The notes under the pieces were generated by a model that worked only from the letters and a program-made list of their open reading frames with translations, ran no database searches and had not been told where the DNA came from. This document shows, piece after piece, positions 61,161 through 64,000 of a DNA stretch of 64,000 nucleotides. The translations under genes were made by a program, and so were the position numbers. The stretch is from a bacterium (lineage in GTDB: Bacteria; Zhuqueibacterota; Zhuqueibacteria; Residuimicrobiales; Krinioviventaceae): positions 2,208,001 to 2,272,000 of the forward strand of contig CAXXMD010000002.1 in assembly GCA_963675755.2 (NCBI GenBank). The letters are read 5' to 3'. Numbering within the stretch: position 1 is the stretch's first letter; each line of letters begins with the position of its first letter.

Positions 61161-62297
61161 TTACCATAATTGATACTGACCATCTTTGATTATAACTTCT
61201 TTCTTGTTCTGAGAATACTCATAATCAACATGCGTAACGCGTACACGAGGTTGTGTCTCTGGAAGATATATACGGTCAATATGCACAACAGCTTCTGGTG
61301 AACTGAATTGTTCCGGACCTATGATACCTCCAAAATGATCACTACGACCAAAGGCAATATGGAAACCCAACTTTTCATCCAGCAAAACCTGCCCTATGGG
61401 ATGAATGTCAAAATCCGCAATAATCCCGAATCCAAGTTCTGCAACGTTTGCATAGGCTGGTTCTGATCTTACATAATCCCATTCCTGCATGCTTTTGGGC
61501 CCATCTGACAACACTTTGGTTATCTTGTTCTGCCGTATACGGTAAATCACAACTTCATCACCAAATTGTACCGGTAAATATCCCTGACTTTGACTGACTT
61601 TGCCCAAGCCTCCTTCATAAGGTACTATGTAGGTCTCGCCACTGGGCAAATTGCCTGCCGTTCCCCTTTCAGGAAACCGCCCACTACTGACGTGTGCTGT
61701 TCTTTGAAATAAATCAAAAGATACTTTGTACTTTTCATTATCATCAACAACAAATTCAGCATTTACCTTGTCAGCAAAATCAAGTTTTTGTTTTAACAAT
61801 TGTAAACGCTCATTCACAATATTAAAATCAATGCGTAATGCGGGAATCATATCTGAGGTAAATCCCGGCATAGTAGCAGCACGGAAATTGTACTGTTTTG
61901 CAGCAACTTTTAATGGTGCAGTTGCAGAATATTGTGTAAGCGCAATAAACAATTGCGTGTCTGAAAAATAACTGGTTAGATTTTTGGGTTCTCCAGACAG
62001 ATCAGAAGCCTTGTCTGGCAACATCTTTTCCAACCGATACACCTTTTCCGGTAAATCAGCATTGTTCGAACCAACATCCGGATACCCAACCAGATCAACA
62101 GCTTCTACCCCAAGCTTGTCCAAATTCTTAGACAGTAAGGAATACCAGTCAAAAGCAATTTTCCTTCTGTCTTTCCATGCCGGGTTGTCTTGCCCGGATT
62201 TGGGAATATCTACCAATATTACTAATTTCTTATCCCCCTCTAACCTCGGAAAACAAAAGTTCAATAATTGAACCAGTTCCAAACCTGATAACTTCAT
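61161..62297 (-). CDS. M29-like (thermophilic metalloprotease) aminopeptidase homologue
   Basis: ATMPG, GNLPSGE, NVAELGFG, LLDEK, HIAFG, HID. Confidence 0.7.
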   Translation of the reverse strand: MKLSGLELVQLLNFCFPRLEGDKKLVILVDIPKSGQDNPAWKDRRKIAFDWYSLLSKNLDKLGVEAVDLVGYPDVGSNNADLPEKVYRLEKMLPDKASDLSGEPKNLTSYFSDTQLFIALTQYSATAPLKVAAKQYNFRAATMPGFTSDMIPALRIDFNIVNERLQLLKQKLDFADKVNAEFVVDDNEKYKVSFDLFQRTAHVSSGRFPERGTAGNLPSGETYIVPYEGGLGKVSQSQGYLPVQFGDEVVIYRIRQNKITKVLSDGPKSMQEWDYVRSEPAYANVAELGFGIIADFDIHPIGQVLLDEKLGFHIAFGRSDHFGGIIGPEQFSSPEAVVHIDRIYLPETQPRVRVTHVDYEYSQNKKEVIIKDGQYQLW

Positions 62298-62495
62298 AAA
62301 TTACGTCCTCTTACCCTTTTTTAAAGTTACCAAATTAATGAATATTATTCAAGTCTTAAGTAAGATAATTTAATATTTTTTATTATGATACAATTATCAG
62401 AAACGTGAAACACATGACACATTCTAACGTAAACTTTGCTTGCAGGGTAATAATTTTATATTAAATTATAATTGGAATAGAAAAAATGGTATCGA

Positions 62496-63824
62496 TTGAT
62501 GAATATACATACACAGGTTAAAGGGATTTTTGTTGGTCTTTTTTTCACATTGTTGATGAGTACAGTTAATCTCTATTCTCAATCAGCAAAACCTCCCAAG
62601 GCTCTTGTTATTGAAAAGATAGAAATTGAAGGAAATAACAAAACAAAGCCGCATGTAATTGAAAAATATATCACATTAACGCCCGGCAACGAGCTGGTTC
62701 CTTCTGAACTGCTTGAAAACACACTTTTATTACAACAAACAGAACTATTCAAAGATGTAGATATTTATACTAGGCCTGGTTCAGAAAAAGGCCTGGTAAT
62801 TGTTGTAATAGAAATTATCGAAAACAAGTGGGCAACTTATCGTTTTGAAGGCGGCCATGGCGATCTGAATGGCTGGTACCTCTCTCCAATTATTTTTAGA
62901 ATGGACAATTTTTTTGGGTATGGTAACTATTTCAGTTATACATGGAAACTGGGTAACCGTGTTACCGGTAACTATTTTGACATTAAAGAACCCAACCTTT
63001 TCAACTCGAAAGCTTATATTGGTTTTCAGTTTTTTGGGGAACATCAGGATTATTTGCACTATATAGATCACAAAGATACTACCGAAACCGTTTATTCAAA
63101 AGGTATTCGAATAAAGCTCGGTGCTAACACAGGAGTACTCAAACATACATTCCTGGGCTATCGCCTGGTAGGCTACAGGCCCAAAAAGGTAAAAGAACTT
63201 GAACCGTTATTACAAGAAGATTATGAAAACCGGGTTGTTGGTGCCTTGTCTACCGGGCTTATTACAGATACTCGTGATAATACAGCATTTCCTACAAATG
63301 GTATTTGGGGAGCCGTTACAGGTGAAGTTGCTTTAAAGTATTTAGGAAGCAATACCATTTTCCCTAAACTTTTATTTGATTTCAGAACGTATAAGCAATT
63401 TGCCAGTAAACCGGTTTATGCATTCCATATCAAAGGCGGCCTAATGGGAAACAAGGCCCCATACTATGAGCGTTTTTATCTGGGGGGCGCATCTTCCCTA
63501 AGAGGTTTTTCCTTTAGCCGCTTAACACCTCCGGGTTGGGGAACCAAACAGCTAATCATTCAGAATGAATTCCGGTTCCCAATTGGCACCCCGGAAACCG
63601 AATCTCCCGGCTACAAACATACCCTTGTTTTATTTTATGATGCCGGGGGTATATGGATGTCAGACCAGATACCTATCTTGTTTGATCTTTATCATACTAT
63701 TGGTGCAGGTTACCGTCTCAAGCTCCCGGTGATTGATATTTTACGATTTGATATTGCACATCCATTAAACAATATTGAAAACAATTTTCTCGAATTTCAT
63801 ATATCATTGGGACAAACTTTTTAA
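62496..63824 (+). CDS. Omp85 (BamA/TamA-family) outer membrane protein with a single POTRA domain
   Basis: Signal peptide, IEIEGNNKTK POTRA, DTRD, FYLGGASSLRGF, FYDAG, C-terminal LGQTF. Confidence 0.88.
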   Translation: MMNIHTQVKGIFVGLFFTLLMSTVNLYSQSAKPPKALVIEKIEIEGNNKTKPHVIEKYITLTPGNELVPSELLENTLLLQQTELFKDVDIYTRPGSEKGLVIVVIEIIENKWATYRFEGGHGDLNGWYLSPIIFRMDNFFGYGNYFSYTWKLGNRVTGNYFDIKEPNLFNSKAYIGFQFFGEHQDYLHYIDHKDTTETVYSKGIRIKLGANTGVLKHTFLGYRLVGYRPKKVKELEPLLQEDYENRVVGALSTGLITDTRDNTAFPTNGIWGAVTGEVALKYLGSNTIFPKLLFDFRTYKQFASKPVYAFHIKGGLMGNKAPYYERFYLGGASSLRGFSFSRLTPPGWGTKQLIIQNEFRFPIGTPETESPGYKHTLVLFYDAGGIWMSDQIPILFDLYHTIGAGYRLKLPVIDILRFDIAHPLNNIENNFLEFHISLGQTF

Positions 63825-63845
63825 GAGATCAGAATTTTATATAAA

Positions 63846-64000
63846 ATGTTCAAGATACAGATAAAAACATGTGCAGTAATTATTATGATGTTGGTCTTTT
63901 TTAACATCTGCTTTGCTGCCGATAACGAGATTGAAATAGAGAATATCACTCCCTCATTTCAAAATGATAGTCTGTATATTAATGCGCAATTTTCAAATCT
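63846..64000 (+). CDS. Partial exported protein running off the right edge
   Basis: Manual translation MFKIQIKTCAVIIMMLVFFNICFAADNEIEIEN..., signal peptide, frame open to window end. Confidence 0.6.
   Translation, partial: MFKIQIKTCAVIIMMLVFFNICFAADNEIEIENITPSFQNDSLYINAQFSN

Noticed and set aside
1-64000. CRISPR arrays, tRNA, rRNA, IS transposases
   Set aside because: None seen by eye; no regularly spaced direct repeats or cloverleaf motifs, although a short or degenerate element could be missed.

Overview
A 64-kb, moderately AT-rich stretch of a diderm bacterial chromosome; gene style suggests an FCB-related lineage such as KSB1 or Calditrichota (inference). It is mostly housekeeping: tilS-hpt-ftsH-folP-cdaA, dnaG, trpB2, era, proS, a partial PTS with hprK-hpf-xerC-topA-like-smg, secA, nusB, ilvE, recJ and rnpB. 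There are two AT-rich accessory patches: an Mrr nuclease at the left edge and a two-gene envelope island at about 30.4-35.9 kb. The most striking feature is a 2076-aa SecA with intact ATPase motifs. It is about twice normal length because a PPXD hairpin-helix unit appears about 9 times and the helical wing module about 6 times in tandem. Other notable items are a full-length TopA homologue lacking catalytic motifs, a putative peptide / membrane receptor / GAFTGA-less AAA+ regulator cassette, an unannotated Trp leader peptide and attenuator before a stand-alone trpB2, and further pseudoenzyme-like proteins. No CRISPR array, tRNA, rRNA or transposase was seen. All family calls come from motif recognition by eye, not database searches.
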